Assembly (NCBI GenBank): GCA_035310405.1
Contig: DATGEF010000470.1
Span: 1-35,599, forward strand
Direction: 5' to 3'
DNA length: 35,599 bases
Source: Chloroflexia bacterium
GTDB taxonomy: Bacteria; Chloroflexota; Chloroflexia; QHBQ01; JAICKM01
Below, one piece after another: positions 33,807-35,599 of the stretch. The notes under the pieces were generated by a model, which was given only the letters and a program-made list of their open reading frames with translations, was not told where the DNA came from and did no database searches. Position 1 is the first letter of the stretch. Each line of letters starts with the position of its first letter. The position numbers were made by a program, and so were the translations under genes.

Positions 33807-34541
33807 TCACCAGGGAGTCATATGGGCGGGCAGCCCCGGCTTATTGGGCGCCCCAGTTTCCCCATCTGGGCGGGCCAGACCCGGCCGCTGCTCCAGGGCG
33901 GGATCACCGGCGTTCAGGTGGGCCACGACCAGGCCATCCGGTCCACGCCCAGTGTACATGGTCACGGCGGGCGGGTCCGCCGCCGGGGGCTCCGCCGCGA
34001 GGGTCGCCTCCGGCCCGTCGCCGGCGTCCCCGAGGATCTGCAAGGCCCGGTTGACGCGGGCGGGCGGGTGCGCGGCTATCTCCGCTCCCGTGTTGGGCAC
34101 GGCTAGTGGGGTGGCCCCCAGCTGGGCCCAGGGCGCGGCCGGCAAGACCGCGCCCAGCATCGCCAGGAGCAGCATCGCCATGCTGACCTGCGACAGATGC
34201 GGGCGTAGGAGCGGCACCAGCGTGCCGCGCTGCCAGGGGCGCGGCCGTTGCCCCGCGGGTGCCCGGCGCGTGGGAGCGGCCTGCTCCGCAGGAACAGGCT
34301 GCGCGATCCGCTGCTGGAGGCGTAGCCAGGCCTCGGGCGACGGGCTAGCCCCGGCGACTCCGCCGCGTAGAACATAGCGGAGCGCGTTATCGACCGCCGC
34401 GGCCTGGGTTGCCGCCAAGGAGTCCGGATCGGACGGATCGACCGGGTCCTGGAGGGATGTGCTATACCCGGTCTGTATGTGCCGGTGCCGCTGGTGCCTT
34501 TTCATAGGGAGCGATGCTCTCTGCGCGTGCGCACTACCCAC
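33807..34541 (-). CDS. Hypothetical single-pass membrane protein
   Basis: 244-aa ORF with high GC3 and a central TM (VSMAMLLLAMLGAVLPAAPWA). An alternative start at Met13 is possible. The overlapping plus-strand ORF 33703..34377 has a poorer composition (Arg/Ala/Pro/Gly-rich). Confidence 0.6.
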   Translation of the reverse strand: MGSAHAQRASLPMKRHQRHRHIQTGYSTSLQDPVDPSDPDSLAATQAAAVDNALRYVLRGGVAGASPSPEAWLRLQQRIAQPVPAEQAAPTRRAPAGQRPRPWQRGTLVPLLRPHLSQVSMAMLLLAMLGAVLPAAPWAQLGATPLAVPNTGAEIAAHPPARVNRALQILGDAGDGPEATLAAEPPAADPPAVTMYTGRGPDGLVVAHLNAGDPALEQRPGLARPDGETGAPNKPGLPAHMTPW

Positions 34542-34606
34542 CGCGGTGCGGATAGGGTTACCTCACCGGGATAGCCAACCCGATCTCCCGATATAAAATA
34601 TACTCC

Positions 34607-34618
34607 TGTGCGCGCACA
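34607..34618. promoter_or_regulatory. 12-bp perfect palindrome TGTGCGCGCACA in a divergent intergenic region
   Basis: The sequence is self-complementary. It is flanked by the AT-rich stretch GATATAAAATATACT (plus-strand TATACT at 34599-34604) and by TTGAAC on the minus strand (34627-34622). Confidence 0.4.
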
Positions 34619-34762
34619 AGGGTTCAATTTCCATTATAGCACACATCCAGGCGGGCGGCAATACGCCTGCGCGGGCGTTTGCTGGTCGGAAATCGGCTAT
34701 ATGCAGTATAGTGCAGAGTTAAGAGAGTACCGGCCAAACCAAAGGGGAGAGTGATTCTAGCC

Positions 34763-35599
34763 ATGTCCAACCGTCCTGTTCGTCCGGCTCCCGCCGGGCC
34801 ACGGCTCCGCCCGGTGCTGGGGCTGCTGGGGCTCGGGTTGCTGCTGCTGATCGCCCTGCCTTTTCTGGCGCGCCCCGGTGCCGCGCCGGCGCCGGCCGGC
34901 ACCCCGCCCCCGACGCTAGCGCCGCCCCCCACGGCGGGCCGCGCGACAGCGACGCCGCCTGGGGAGATCCCGCCCCCGCTCCCCGATCCGACCGCCGTCG
35001 CGACGTTGCCGCCGGTCGCCACGCGGGCGCTGGTCCCGACCGGGGCGACCCCGACGGCCGCGCCCGGTGGCCCGACCGTGCCAGCCGCGCCCACCGCTGC
35101 CGATAGTGCCTTCTCGCCGGCCGCCACGCTCGCCGCGCTGCAGCAAGCGCCGGTCCCCGCACGCGATCTCTATACGCTGACCCGGGCGGTCAAGCTGCGC
35201 ACAACCGCGGCCTTACCTCGGACTCTCGACCTGGCCCCGCGCACTTATCGGCTGGGCGATACAGAAGTCTTCGCCGTGGGCGATACGGCGAACGGCTCCT
35301 ACTATACGATCACCGCGACGCTCCGCGAGATCACGCCGCACGCCTATTGGTGGGTGGCCGCCGGCAACGATATCGACCTGGCGGCCCTCCAGCAGTCGGC
35401 GGGCCGCTTCGAGTCGCGGATCTACCCGAGTGACCGGGCCACCTTTGGCGAGCCTCCCGACCCGGGGGTAGACAACGACTCGCATATCAACGTGCTCAAC
35501 ACGGCGATCTCGGGCGCGCTCGGCTATTTTTCGGCCGCCGATATGTACACCCGGGCGGTCAACCCCTTCAGTAATCAGCGCAAGATGATCTATGCCGGG
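34763..35599 (+). CDS. Secreted/membrane-anchored hypothetical protein, N-terminal 279 aa (3' end outside the window); possibly a peptidase-like family
   Basis: This ORF is absent from the supplied track because it has no stop in the window. I translated it by hand from ATG 34763, which has GGGGAGA upstream. It reads MSNRPVRPAPAGPRLRPVLGLLGLGLLLLIALPFLA (signal/TM), then a Pro/Thr/Ala linker, then ...YRLGDTEVFAVGDTANGSYYTITATLREITPHAYWWVAAGNDID...GVDNDSHINVLNTAISGALGYFSAADMY.... There is no in-frame stop up to base 35599. Confidence 0.7.
   Translation, partial: MSNRPVRPAPAGPRLRPVLGLLGLGLLLLIALPFLARPGAAPAPAGTPPPTLAPPPTAGRATATPPGEIPPPLPDPTAVATLPPVATRALVPTGATPTAAPGGPTVPAAPTAADSAFSPAATLAALQQAPVPARDLYTLTRAVKLRTTAALPRTLDLAPRTYRLGDTEVFAVGDTANGSYYTITATLREITPHAYWWVAAGNDIDLAALQQSAGRFESRIYPSDRATFGEPPDPGVDNDSHINVLNTAISGALGYFSAADMYTRAVNPFSNQRKMIYAG

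Noticed and set aside
33703-34377. 224-aa plus-strand ORF overlapping the 33807..34541 minus-strand gene
   Set aside because: It starts inside the 18-nt duplicated promoter-region repeat. The product is Arg/Ala/Gly/Pro-rich with no TM or motifs. The minus-strand frame has better GC3 and a clear TM segment.
34624-35162. Minus-strand ORFs (167, 147 and 76 aa) at the 3' end of the window
   Set aside because: They are antisense to the Pro/Thr/Ala linker of the plus-strand CDS starting at 34763, which has an RBS, a signal peptide and a globular continuation. The minus-strand products are low-complexity.

Overview
High-GC bacterial chromosomal window, about 65-70% GC by eye, with one clearly AT-richer island at ~13.86-15.3 kb. 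I found no rRNA, tRNA or CRISPR array. An SLH-anchored BNR propeller, Pro/Thr/Ala linkers, DUF-rich membrane operons and LGFP-like 'QYFERxRFExHPEN' repeats suggest a Chloroflexota-like monoderm, but that is inference only.

About 29 CDS are supported, in this order:
- mutS2 (5'-truncated by the window edge), a small membrane protein, and a J-like/TPR membrane protein.
- An iron-uptake-like block: lipoprotein, FTR1 permease, orphan hydantoinase-A-like protein and a membrane-anchored helical protein.
- A BNR/SLH cell-surface protein behind a promoter + structured leader + terminator.
- An HNH endonuclease and serS.
- A low-GC island holding a hypothetical, possibly 5'-truncated gene and a TnpB (IS200/IS605) remnant.
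- DUF485-actP.
- A co-directional block: secreted protein, DUF2085, membrane protein, DUF4126 and a metallophosphoesterase lipoprotein.
- A five-gene translationally coupled operon: two paralogous polytopic membrane proteins, DUF4129, DUF4350 and a MoxR ATPase, with no DUF58/VWA partner.
- A family-5 ABC substrate-binding protein with an N-terminal repeat extension, convergent with two ABC permeases and with no ATPase genes.
- A membrane-anchored hypothetical and a 3'-truncated secreted protein.

The main signals not explained by genes are:
- Heptanucleotide tandem arrays (GAATGCG, ACTGCCT, TTTTGAG, AAACTCC) at three loci. One flanks a 4 x 24-nt tandem array, and one lies inside the 5' end of the first MoxR-operon gene.
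- A REP-like hairpin cluster in a 731-nt convergent intergenic region.
- Six intergenic promoters that all carry an extended -10 element (TGnTAnnnT).
- A candidate riboswitch/attenuator leader upstream of the SLH protein.

All functional calls come from motif recognition in the supplied translations. No database search was run.
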